A stretch of DNA of 32,000 bases from Halorhodospira halophila SL1 (GTDB taxonomy: Bacteria > Pseudomonadota > Gammaproteobacteria > Nitrococcales > Halorhodospiraceae), in contig NC_008789.1 in the NCBI RefSeq assembly GCF_000015585.1, positions 2,430,001 through 2,462,000 of the forward strand. Direction: 5' to 3'. Positions within the stretch are counted from its first letter, which is position 1; every line of letters begins with the position of its first letter. The notes beneath the pieces are model-generated. The model was not told where the DNA came from. It saw only the letters and a list, made by a program, of their open reading frames with translations, and made no database searches. Shown here in pieces: positions 19,605 through 28,602 of the stretch. The position numbers and the translations under genes were made by a program.

Positions 19605-20348
19605 TCACGGCTCCTCTCGGTAGACCAGGCTTGCCATCCGGCCGGTCGGTCCATCCCGGCGATGGGAGAAGAAGCGCGCCCGATCCGTGTACGTGCACCA
19701 GCCTCCGCCGTGTACCGCGGCCACTCCGGCCGCCTGCAGGCGGCGCCGTGCCAGACGGTAGAGGTCAGCGTACCAGCGATTCGCGGCGCCGGGGATAAAA
19801 CCTTCTGCAGCACCGGGATCTCGGGCGGTGAACGCCTCGACCACTTCTGGCCCCACTTCGAAAGCGGTCGGGCCGATGGCCGGCCCCAACCAAGCGTGGA
19901 GCTCAGCGGCAGGCACTGGCAGCACCGCGACCACGGCCTCGAGCACACCCCCGGCCAGACCGCGCCAACCAGCGTGGGCGGCGGCCACGACCTGAGCGTC
20001 CCGGGCGGCGAAGAGCACCGGCAGGCAGTCCGCGGTGAGCACGGCACAGACCACCCCGGCGCGGTCGGTCCAGGCCGCATCGGCTCGGACTCCGCGTGCC
20101 ACCCGGTGGGCCGCGACCACCTCGGCCCCGTGGACCTGCTCGAGCCACACTGGGTCGGCCGGCAATTCGGCGCAATCGCGCAGCAGGCGGCGGTTAGCAG
20201 CCACCGCCGCGGGATCGTCCCCGGTATGCGTGGCCAGATTGAAACTCGCCCAGGGCGCAGCGCTGTGACCGCCGGAGCGCACTGTGGTCAGGGCCCGAAC
20301 ACCATCCGGCACGGGCCACTGCGGCGCCAGAACGGGGCACTCAGCCAT
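19605..20348 (-). CDS. pgeF: PgeF/YfiH (peptidoglycan editing factor, laccase-domain protein)
   Basis: ATG 20348 overlaps the rluD stop by 8 nt. Conserved blocks LEQVHG, LTADCLPVLF, AAHAGWRGLAGGV, CTYTD...FFSHRRDG.TGRMASL. Follows rluD as in E. coli. Confidence 0.85.
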   Translation of the reverse strand: MAECPVLAPQWPVPDGVRALTTVRSGGHSAAPWASFNLATHTGDDPAAVAANRRLLRDCAELPADPVWLEQVHGAEVVAAHRVARGVRADAAWTDRAGVVCAVLTADCLPVLFAARDAQVVAAAHAGWRGLAGGVLEAVVAVLPVPAAELHAWLGPAIGPTAFEVGPEVVEAFTARDPGAAEGFIPGAANRWYADLYRLARRRLQAAGVAAVHGGGWCTYTDRARFFSHRRDGPTGRMASLVYREEP

Positions 20349-21282
20349 GGCGCAGGACCTCCAAGAGGCGCTCCCAGTCGTCTGGCGGCGGCGCTTCCCA
20401 GTGCATCGCCTCTCCGGTGCGCGGGTGCTCAAGGCGCAGATGCCGAGCGTGCAGGGCCTGACGGCGGAAGCCGTCGAGCACGGCGCGCAGGGTCTCGCTC
20501 GCCCCCTTGGGGTAGACCGGCCGGCGCCCGTAGACGGGATCGCCCACCAACGGCAGCCGGCAGTGCGCCATGTGCACGCGGATCTGGTGGGTGCGCCCGG
20601 TTTCCAGCTCCACATCGAGCAGGGTGTGGGCCGTGAACCGCTCGGCAACGCGGTAGTGGGTCACCGCCGGACGACCGGTCTCCACCACGGCCATGCGCTT
20701 GCGGTCCCGCGGGTGACGGGCGATGGGGGCGTCCACTCGCCCCCCGGCGGTGGGGCGCCCGACGACCACCGCCTGGTAACCCCGCCCCACCGTGCGCGCC
20801 TGAAGCTGCGCCACCAGTGCGTGGTGTGCCGCATAGGTCCGGGCCACCACCAACACCCCCGAGGTCTCCTTGTCCAGCCGGTGGACGATCCCCGCACGGG
20901 GCAGCGCCTCCAGCCCGGGGTCGTAATGGAGCAGGGCGTTGACCAGGGTGCCGCCGGGGTTGCCCGCCCCCGGGTGAACCACCAGGCCCGCCGGCTTGTC
21001 CACCACCAGCAGGTGGTCGTCCTCGTAGAGCAGGCGCAACGGGATGGGTTCCGGCGCCAGCGGGGTCTCCGGTTCGGGCTCGGCGTCCACGCTGATCTGC
21101 TCACCGGCATGAACCGGATCGCGGGGCCGGCGGACCGCGCCGTCGACGGTGATCCAGCCGGCCCGGATCCACTGCTGCAAACGGCTGCGCGAATAATCGG
21201 GGAAGAGCGCCGCCAGCACCCGATCCAGGCGCTGGCCGGCCAGCCCCTCGGGTACGGCGGCTTGGTGACGGGGTCGTTCCAT
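20341..21282 (-). CDS. rluD: 23S rRNA pseudouridine synthase RluD
   Basis: S4 domain (GQRLDRVLAALFPDYSRSRLQQWIRAGWITVDG). Catalytic motif GIVHRLDKETSGVLVVAR. C-terminal ETGRTHQIRVHMAH...LVGDPVYG. Collinear with E. coli RluD and divergent from bamD as in E. coli. Confidence 0.92.
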   Translation of the reverse strand: MERPRHQAAVPEGLAGQRLDRVLAALFPDYSRSRLQQWIRAGWITVDGAVRRPRDPVHAGEQISVDAEPEPETPLAPEPIPLRLLYEDDHLLVVDKPAGLVVHPGAGNPGGTLVNALLHYDPGLEALPRAGIVHRLDKETSGVLVVARTYAAHHALVAQLQARTVGRGYQAVVVGRPTAGGRVDAPIARHPRDRKRMAVVETGRPAVTHYRVAERFTAHTLLDVELETGRTHQIRVHMAHCRLPLVGDPVYGRRPVYPKGASETLRAVLDGFRRQALHARHLRLEHPRTGEAMHWEAPPPDDWERLLEVLRHG

Positions 21283-21350
21283 ACGTATAGTACGAGCCTT
21301 TGCTATCGCTACAATGACGGGCCTGCACAGGCCGCGGAGTCACGGAAATC

Positions 21351-22112
21351 ATGCACCGCATTCAGCGCTGGGCGACGATCGCCCTGGTGGCACTCCTTGC
21401 AACCGGCTGTGCCGGGACTGACCCCGACGGGGCCGCCGAGCGCAGCGTCGAGGAGCTCTATACCGACGCCCGCAGCAGCCTGAGCTCCGGGAACTATTCG
21501 CAAGCCGTGGAGCGCTTCGAGAACCTGGTGGCGCGCTACCCCTTCGGCACGCACGCCGTGCAGTCCCAGCTGATGATCATCTACGCCCACTACCTGGCCG
21601 GCCAGCATGAATCGGCCATCGCTGCAGCGGAGCGCTTCCAGCGCATGCATCCGCGCAACGAGCATGTAGCCTACGCGCTTTATATGCGCGGCGTCTCCCG
21701 GCAAGCCCAGGGGCCGGGCGGTCTGGGCGATCTGTTCAACGTCGACGCCAACCTGCGCGACCCGGAACCGAAGCGTCGCGCCTTTGCCGACTTCCGCGAA
21801 CTGACCGAGCAGTACCCGGACAGCGAGTATATCGACGACGCCGTCGAGCGCATGGAACAGATCCGCGTCGCGCTGGCCGAGCACGAACTCTACGTCGGAC
21901 GCTTCTACCTGGAGCGCAGCGCCTACATCGCCTCGGCCAACCGAGCGCGGACGATCATCGCCCGGTACCCCGGGACCCCGGCCGTCCCCGAGGCCATGGG
22001 CATGCTGGCCGAGTCCTACCGCCGACTCGGGCTCGACCCCCTGGACGAGGACGTAGAGCGGGCGCTGCGGGAACGCCACGAGGTGCCCGCCCCGGAGCTC
22101 GGGGGGCGGTAG
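21351..22112 (+). CDS. bamD: Outer-membrane protein assembly factor BamD (YfiO/ComL)
   Basis: Lipobox LLATGC. TPR-like repeats (ELYTDARSSLSSGNYSQAVERFENLVARYPFG...YAHYLAGQHESAIAAAERF...HPRNEHVAYALYMRGVS...). Divergent from rluD. Confidence 0.9.
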   Translation: MHRIQRWATIALVALLATGCAGTDPDGAAERSVEELYTDARSSLSSGNYSQAVERFENLVARYPFGTHAVQSQLMIIYAHYLAGQHESAIAAAERFQRMHPRNEHVAYALYMRGVSRQAQGPGGLGDLFNVDANLRDPEPKRRAFADFRELTEQYPDSEYIDDAVERMEQIRVALAEHELYVGRFYLERSAYIASANRARTIIARYPGTPAVPEAMGMLAESYRRLGLDPLDEDVERALRERHEVPAPELGGR

Positions 22113-22122
22113 GCGGCGCCCC
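22103..22122. terminator. Short GC hairpin (GGGGCG-gtaggcgg-CGCCCC) between convergent bamD and glnB
   Basis: 6-bp stem read directly. It overlaps the bamD stop codon. No U-tract. Confidence 0.25.
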
Positions 22123-22135
22123 GCCCCAACCCGGG

Positions 22136-22513
<378 letters not shown>

Positions 22514-22556
22514 TCAGTGTTTCGGGCTCTGGACTCCACCCTCAGGGTAGCGTGAG

Positions 22557-24173
22557 CTAGTCGCTGCAGCCCTGACAACCGGACCAGCCCGAGGTAATCG
22601 GATATCGGCGGTCCCGCCCGAAGGCGCGCCGGGTCACCTTGACCCCGGGGGCCGCCTGGCGGCGCTTGTACTCGTTCCGGTAGAGCAGCCGGATCACCCG
22701 GCACAGCTCCACCGCGTCCAGCCCCTCGACGCGGATCTCGTGCTCGGCGGCGTCGTCCTCCAGATACTGGCGCAGCACGGCATCAAGCACCCGATAGGGC
22801 GGCAGGCTGTCGCTGTCCCGCTGATCGGCGCGCAGTTCCGCGGTGGGCTCGCGCTCGATGATGGCGGCGGGCACGGCAGGCCCCAGGCTATTGCGGTACT
22901 CGGCCAGGCGGTAGACGTCAGTCTTGTAGACGTCCTTGAGCGGTGCGAACCCCCCGCACATATCGCCGTAGAGGGTGGCGTAACCAACCGCCAGCTCGCT
23001 CTTGTTGCCGGCGGCCAGCAGCATCAACCCCAGCTTGTTGGAGAGCGCCATCAGGCAGTTGCCCCGGATGCGCGCCTGGATGTTCTCCTCGGTAGCATCC
23101 GCCTCCCGCCCGGCGAAGAGGGGGGCCAGGGCCTGCTCGTAGTCGGCGAAGAGCGACTCGATGGGGATGCTCCGATACTCCAGCCCCAGGGCCTGGGCCG
23201 CCGCCCGGGCGTCCTCCAGGCTGCGCTCGGCGGTGTAGCGGGTGGGCATCATGACCGCCAGCACCCGATCCCCGCCCAGCGCGTCGGCGGCCACCGCGGC
23301 CACCAGCGCCGAGTCGATCCCCCCGGAGAGCCCCAACACAACGCCGGAGAAGCCGTTGCCGCGGACGTAGTCGGCGGTGGCCCGCACCAGCGCCTGGTAG
23401 ACCGCCGGCGGCCCTTCGACGGCCTCGGCCTGCTCGCCGTGCAGCGCACCCCCTTGCCAGTCCAGCGCATACAGCCCGTCGGCGAAGGCCGGGGCGCGTG
23501 CGCTCAGCGCACCGGTATCGTCCAGCGCGAACGAGCCGCCGTCGTAGACCACCTCGTCGTGACCACCGACGAGGTTGGCGTAGAGCAGCGGAACCCCGGT
23601 CTCGGCCACCCGCCGAGCCGCGACCCCCTCACGCTCGGCCTGCTTGCCGTCGTGGAACGGGGAGGCGTTGATGCTGACCAGCAGCTCGGCCCCGGCCGCT
23701 GCAGCCTCGGCGGCCGGCGTCGCCGCCCAGATGTCCTCGCAGATGGCCACCCCGATGCGCCGGCCGGCGACCTCGAGCAGGCAGGGGGCATCGCCGGCAC
23801 GGAAGTGGCGGTTGTCGTCGAACACGCTGTAACTCGGCAGGCAGCGCTTGTAAGCCGCCCCCACCTCGGCGCCGTCGGCCAGGGCCACGGCGGCATTGCG
23901 CACCACGCCGTGGCGGTGCAGCGGGGCCCCGACCAGGGCGGTGACGCCCGTGCACGCCGCAGCGATCCGGGCCAGCGCCCGCTCCACCGCGGCGTGGAAG
24001 TCGCTGCGCAGCAGCAGATCGTCGGGCGGATAACCGGTGACGGCCAGCTCGGGGAAGACCACCAAGTCGGCCCCGAACTCGTCCCGCGCCCGGCCGATGG
24101 CATCGATGATCCGCCGGGCGTTGTCATCCAAGGCACCGACGGGAAAGGGCAGCTGAGCGACGACGATGCGCAT
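22557..24173 (-). CDS. nadE: Glutamine-dependent NAD+ synthetase (nitrilase domain plus NAD synthetase domain)
   Basis: N-terminal CN-hydrolase domain (VVFPELAVTGYPPDDL...GVAICEDIW). C-terminal PP-loop (VVLGLSGGIDSALVA). 538 aa. Upstream of glnB, a recurrent pairing. Confidence 0.9.
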   Translation of the reverse strand: MRIVVAQLPFPVGALDDNARRIIDAIGRARDEFGADLVVFPELAVTGYPPDDLLLRSDFHAAVERALARIAAACTGVTALVGAPLHRHGVVRNAAVALADGAEVGAAYKRCLPSYSVFDDNRHFRAGDAPCLLEVAGRRIGVAICEDIWAATPAAEAAAAGAELLVSINASPFHDGKQAEREGVAARRVAETGVPLLYANLVGGHDEVVYDGGSFALDDTGALSARAPAFADGLYALDWQGGALHGEQAEAVEGPPAVYQALVRATADYVRGNGFSGVVLGLSGGIDSALVAAVAADALGGDRVLAVMMPTRYTAERSLEDARAAAQALGLEYRSIPIESLFADYEQALAPLFAGREADATEENIQARIRGNCLMALSNKLGLMLLAAGNKSELAVGYATLYGDMCGGFAPLKDVYKTDVYRLAEYRNSLGPAVPAAIIEREPTAELRADQRDSDSLPPYRVLDAVLRQYLEDDAAEHEIRVEGLDAVELCRVIRLLYRNEYKRRQAAPGVKVTRRAFGRDRRYPITSGWSGCQGCSD

Positions 24174-24181
24174 GGTCTGCC

Positions 24182-25054
24182 TCAGCCCGCCACCAGCCGC
24201 CGGATGCGCTCGCCGATCTCGGTCGGCGAGCGCACGGTGGCCACCCCGGCCGCCTCCAGGGCGGCGAACTTGTCATCCGCCGTCCCCTTGCCGCCGGAGA
24301 TGATGGCCCCGGCGTGACCCATGCGCTTGCCCGGCGGCGCGGTCACCCCGGCGATGTAGGCGACCACCGGTTTGCTCATGTGGTCGCGGATGAACGTGGC
24401 GGCCTCCTCCTCGGCGCTGCCGCCGATCTCACCGACCATGACCACCCCGTCGGTGTGCGGGTCGGCCTCGAACTGCTCCAGGCAGTCGACGAACGACATC
24501 CCCTGGATCGGGTCGCCACCGATGCCGACACAGGTGGACTGCCCCAGGCCGATGTCCGTGGTCTGTTTGACCGCCTCGTAGGTCAGGGTCCCCGAGCGGG
24601 AGACGATGCCGATCCGCCCGGGCAGGTGGATGTGCCCGGGCATGATGCCGATCTTGCACGCATCCGGGGTGATGACCCCGGGGCAGTTGGGCCCGATCAG
24701 CGCCACGTCTTCGCCCCGCAGGGCCTCCTTGACGTGCAGCATGTCCAGCACCGGGATGCCCTCGGTGATGCAGGCGATCACCCGGATCCCGGCGTCGGCG
24801 GCCTCGAGGATGGCGTCGGCGGCGAAGGGGGCCGGGACGTAGATCACCGAGGCGTCGGCGCCGGTCGCTGCGACCGCCTCGCGGACGGTATTGAACAGCG
24901 GGCGATCCAGGTGGGTGCCGCCGCCCCGCCCCGGGGTCACGCCGCCGACCACCTGTGTGCCGTAGGCGATGGCCTGCTCCGCGTGGAAGGTCCCCTGCTT
25001 GCCGGTGAACCCCTGCACGAGCACCCGGGTGCTCTGGTCGACGAGAATGCTCAT
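24182..25054 (-). CDS. sucD: Succinyl-CoA ligase alpha subunit
   Basis: ATG 25054 ([24 protein letters not shown]) with GAGGAG upstream. [15 protein letters not shown], and MGHAGAI with the phospho-His. 290 aa. Confidence 0.95.
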   Translation of the reverse strand: MSILVDQSTRVLVQGFTGKQGTFHAEQAIAYGTQVVGGVTPGRGGGTHLDRPLFNTVREAVAATGADASVIYVPAPFAADAILEAADAGIRVIACITEGIPVLDMLHVKEALRGEDVALIGPNCPGVITPDACKIGIMPGHIHLPGRIGIVSRSGTLTYEAVKQTTDIGLGQSTCVGIGGDPIQGMSFVDCLEQFEADPHTDGVVMVGEIGGSAEEEAATFIRDHMSKPVVAYIAGVTAPPGKRMGHAGAIISGGKGTADDKFAALEAAGVATVRSPTEIGERIRRLVAG

Positions 25055-25079
25055 GTTCTGCTCCTCTCTTGCCTGGGGC

Positions 25080-26255
25080 TCAGGCCACCTGACCGGCGAT
25101 ATCGACAATCTTGGCGGCGGCATCCGCCAAGTCGTCGGCGGGGATGAGGTCGAGCCCGCTGTCGGCGAGGATCTGCTTGCCCTGCTCGACGTTGGTGCCC
25201 TCCAGCCGGACGACGACGGGGACCTCCACCCCGACGTCCTGCACCGCGGCCACGATGCCCTCGGCGATCATGTCGCAGCGGACGATCCCGCCGAAGATGT
25301 TCACCAGGATGCCCTCCACCGAGGGGCTGGAGAGGATGATCTTGAAGGCCTCGGCCACCCGCTCGGCGTTCGTACCGCCGCCGACATCGAGGAAGTTGGC
25401 CGGGGCCCCGCCGTGGAGCTTGATCACGTCCATGGTGGCCATGGCCAGACCGGCCCCGTTGACCATGCAGCCGATGTTGCCGTCCAGGGTGATGTAGTTG
25501 AGGTTGTGCTCGGCGGCCCGGACCTCGGTCTCGTCCTCCTGGGTGAGGTCGCGCATGTCCTGGATCTGCGACTGCCGGCCGATCTCCACGGCGTTGTCGT
25601 CCACGGTCACCTTGGCATCCAGGGCCAGCAGCCGGCCCTCCCCGGTGACGATCAGCGGGTTGATCTCGACCAGCGACAGATCGCGCTCCAGGAACAGGCG
25701 GTAGAGCCCCTGCATCATCCGCGTCAGATCCCCCACCTGGGCCTTGTCGAGGCCCAGGGCGAACCCCAGCTGACGGCACTGGTACGGCTGCAGCCCGGCG
25801 GCCGGATGGACCCGCACGGTGTGGATGCGCTCGGGCTCGCTGGCCGCCACCTCCTCGATATCCATACCGCCGGCGGCCGAGACCATGAAGACCACCCGCT
25901 GGCTGGCCCGGTCGACCAGGGCGCCCAGGTAGAGTTCGCGGGCGATCTCCAGACCCTCTTCGACCAGCAGGGCGTGGATCGGCTGCCCGCGCCCATCGGT
26001 CTGGTGGGTGACCAACCGCTCGCCCAGCAGCGAGTCGGCGTAGCGCTCGATCTCGTCGCCCTCCTGGATCACCCGGACGCCACCGGCCTTGCCGCGCCCC
26101 CCGGCGTGGACCTGGGCCTTGACCACCCAGGCCGAGCCACCGAGCCGCTCGGCAGCGGCACGGGCCTCGGCGCTGGAGCGCGCCACATACCCGCGGGGGA
26201 TGGCGATCCCCGCCTCGGTGAAGAGGTGCTTGGCCTGGAACTCATGAAGATTCAT
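25080..26255 (-). CDS. sucC: Succinyl-CoA ligase beta subunit
   Basis: [12 protein letters not shown]...[17 protein letters not shown]...[17 protein letters not shown]...[10 protein letters not shown]. 391 aa, immediately upstream of sucD. Confidence 0.95.
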   Translation of the reverse strand: MNLHEFQAKHLFTEAGIAIPRGYVARSSAEARAAAERLGGSAWVVKAQVHAGGRGKAGGVRVIQEGDEIERYADSLLGERLVTHQTDGRGQPIHALLVEEGLEIARELYLGALVDRASQRVVFMVSAAGGMDIEEVAASEPERIHTVRVHPAAGLQPYQCRQLGFALGLDKAQVGDLTRMMQGLYRLFLERDLSLVEINPLIVTGEGRLLALDAKVTVDDNAVEIGRQSQIQDMRDLTQEDETEVRAAEHNLNYITLDGNIGCMVNGAGLAMATMDVIKLHGGAPANFLDVGGGTNAERVAEAFKIILSSPSVEGILVNIFGGIVRCDMIAEGIVAAVQDVGVEVPVVVRLEGTNVEQGKQILADSGLDLIPADDLADAAAKIVDIAGQVA

Positions 26256-26413
26256 TGAACAGCTCCTCCCATGGGGTCGCGGTCGCCGGGCGGTCGATTA
26301 TAGTGGTTCAGCGGCCGGCGCTTTTCAAAACCGTCCGGCCGTGCCAATTTGGTTGGCCGCGCGCCCGGGCCTCGAAGCCCGAGGGCTCAAGGTAATCACG
26401 GAAGCGCACGTGC

Positions 26414-26683
26414 ATGCTAGGCCAGATCCTTCTTGTCATCCTGATCATCCTTGCCTGGATCGGGGCACGCAGCCTGCTCCAGAAGCGCCTGCGTCAAGAT
26501 AGCGAGGAACGCGGCCAGACCGGCAGCTCCGGCGAGTCCGCACATACCGAGGAGATGGTGCGCTGCGCGCGATGCGGCGTCTTCTTGCCGCGCTCCGCCG
26601 CTTACCCCCGGGAGGGCGTCTACTTCTGCTCGCCGGAGCACCGGCAGCTCGGGCGGGACGAGCCCCCAGTCCGCCCCCGGTAG
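26414..26683 (+). CDS. Small membrane-anchored protein with C-terminal Cys/His zinc-finger-like motif (resembles the 'PP0621 family')
   Basis: N-terminal TM helix (ILLVILIILAWIGA) and C-terminal VRCARCGVFLPRS...YFCSPEH. Codon usage is typical for the window. The family name is recalled, not verified. Confidence 0.5.
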   Translation: MLGQILLVILIILAWIGARSLLQKRLRQDSEERGQTGSSGESAHTEEMVRCARCGVFLPRSAAYPREGVYFCSPEHRQLGRDEPPVRPR

Positions 26684-26774
26684 AAAGGCGCGCCGGGGCG
26701 TCCCAGAGCCCCCGGCACACCCCACCAAGCGCGACCCCGTACAGGAGGAGCCGGCTCGGCTCAGTTGGAGCCGA

Positions 26775-27230
<456 letters not shown>

Positions 27231-27383
27231 GGCTCACCTCCCTGTGAGACCCGAAACGGAATGACTTGTGACACTGTGCTCCGGCTACGCCCGCGGCGGG
27301 TCGCGGAGGCCCGGGCTGATGGTCATCAAGCCGCGCAGGTTGTAACGTGCCGGAAGACACCCTGCCACGACGGGCCCGGAGCC

Positions 27384-28004
27384 ATGCGCCGATTCGTGCT
27401 CGATACCAGCGTCTTCACCAACCCGGACGTCTACCTGCGCTTCGACGAAGAGCCGATGCAGGCCATCTCGGTCTTCCTCGGGCTGGCACGCCGCGCCGAC
27501 GCCGAGTTCTACATGCCCGGACCGGTCTATCAGGAACTGTGCAACCTGCGCTCGATGGATCTGATCGGTGCCGAATTCGAGACCGAGGTCTACATCCGCT
27601 CGCCCCGGCGCTTCTCCATGACCATCCCCTCGGAGGTGCTCTACGAGTTCATCGAGGAGGTGCGCACCCGCATCCAGCGGGGCCTGCGCATCGCCGAGGA
27701 ACACGCCCGGCAGGCGGGTCAGGCGGAGTCGCTGCCGCCGGAGCTGATCACCCAGCTGCGCGAGCGCTACCGCGAGGCCATGCGCCGCGGCATCCTCGAT
27801 TCCCGCGAGGATATCGATGTGGTCCTGCTCGCCTACGAGCTGGACGCCACGCTGGTCTCCGCCGATGAGGGGATGCGCAAGTTCGCCGAACGCATCGGCA
27901 TCAAGCTGGTCAACCCGCGCTACCTGCGCGGGGTGATGCAGAACCTGGCCGGCGACGACCCCGGTCACGCGCCCCCCTGCGGGCCGGACCAGCCCGCCGG
28001 GTAG
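27384..28004 (+). CDS. HARP-family protein-only RNase P homolog (Aq_880 / MJ_0950 'RNA ligase partner' family, PIN-like)
   Basis: 206 aa, [17 protein letters not shown]...[12 protein letters not shown]...IRSPRRF...[24 protein letters not shown]...[54 protein letters not shown]. It is collinear with my recollection of Aquifex aeolicus Aq_880. The part of the long ORF upstream of 27384 (from 26451) is antisense to the pilin gene. Confidence 0.8.
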   Translation: MRRFVLDTSVFTNPDVYLRFDEEPMQAISVFLGLARRADAEFYMPGPVYQELCNLRSMDLIGAEFETEVYIRSPRRFSMTIPSEVLYEFIEEVRTRIQRGLRIAEEHARQAGQAESLPPELITQLRERYREAMRRGILDSREDIDVVLLAYELDATLVSADEGMRKFAERIGIKLVNPRYLRGVMQNLAGDDPGHAPPCGPDQPAG

Positions 28005-28450
28005 AGCCCGGCGGCCAGGCAGCGCCGGTAGGAGCTGTAGCGCCACCCCTCGGGCCGGCCGACCAGCCCGCGGCGGACCGGCTCCCAGTGGATGTGGTCC
28101 AGCGCCTCCCGCCACGCCTCCGGATCCACGTCCCACCACGCCACGCCGGGCCGCCACAGCCGCCCGCGGGGCAGCCCGGGCCAGTGGCGCAGATGCCGGG
28201 TACAGTGGGCCTTGGCCGCCTGCCAGCGGGGGCGCGGATCGGGGTCATCCGGGGGCAGCCGCCACAGGCCGTGGACGGCATCGGGCAGGACCACGGCGGC
28301 ATCCCAGACCAGCGGCCGGCGCCGGGCCACTTGCCGAAAAGCGGTCCGCAGCCGCTGCACGGCCTCCGGCCGGGCCAGCCAGGGATGGCGGCCGTGCGTG
28401 GTCAGGCAGAAGCGGACACACCGCCCCTGCGGGGACACCTCCTGGTGCAT
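27965..28450 (-). CDS. REP-associated tyrosine transposase (RAYT / IS200-like Y1, COG1943) homolog lacking the canonical HUH and Tyr residues
   Basis: ATG 28450 with GGGAGGAG upstream. 161 aa, collinear with recalled E. coli RayT/YafM (...[18 protein letters not shown]...RW...[25 protein letters not shown]...GLYPAGW). The expected H-u-H reads A-V-H (codons 28279-28271). The expected catalytic Tyr reads His (28096-28094). Confidence 0.7.
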   Translation of the reverse strand: MHQEVSPQGRCVRFCLTTHGRHPWLARPEAVQRLRTAFRQVARRRPLVWDAAVVLPDAVHGLWRLPPDDPDPRPRWQAAKAHCTRHLRHWPGLPRGRLWRPGVAWWDVDPEAWREALDHIHWEPVRRGLVGRPEGWRYSSYRRCLAAGLYPAGWSGPQGGA

Positions 28451-28514
28451 GCGCGCTCCTCCCTGAACGCGTCGCGCCCCTTTATCGTGCCAGGCCGCCA
28501 ACGGCTGTCAATCG

Positions 28515-28550
28515 GCCGGGGCACAGCGGCGCGCGGCGCTGGCAGCCGGC
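28515..28550. repeat. GC-rich imperfect palindrome flanked by a 12/14-bp direct repeat (28494-28507 and 28545-28558) in the RAYT-tex divergent region
   Basis: GCCGG-gggca-CAGCG-gcgcgcgg-CGCTG-gcag-CCGGC read directly. Flanking repeats are GCCGCCAACGGCTG and GCCGGCAACGGCTC. Function unknown; could be REP-like or regulatory. Confidence 0.3.
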
Positions 28551-28602
28551 AACGGCTCGGTTATCATGGCGCCTTTTCCACGGCACCGAGGTTTCACGAA
28601 AG

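Noticed and set aside
21283-21315. No Shine-Dalgarno before the rluD ATG and a TACTAT hexamer 4 nt upstream, suggesting a leaderless mRNA. The complementary TACAAT could serve bamD.
   Set aside because: The distance from the -10 to the ATG is too short to place the TSS on the A of the ATG, and the -35 elements are poor on both strands.
27231-27383. I looked for a sigma54 (GG-N10-GC) promoter upstream of pilA, as in many type IV pilin genes.
   Set aside because: The closest matches (TGGCAGG...TTCC, GGCACG...TGC) have the wrong spacing or a missing GC dinucleotide, so no promoter call was made.
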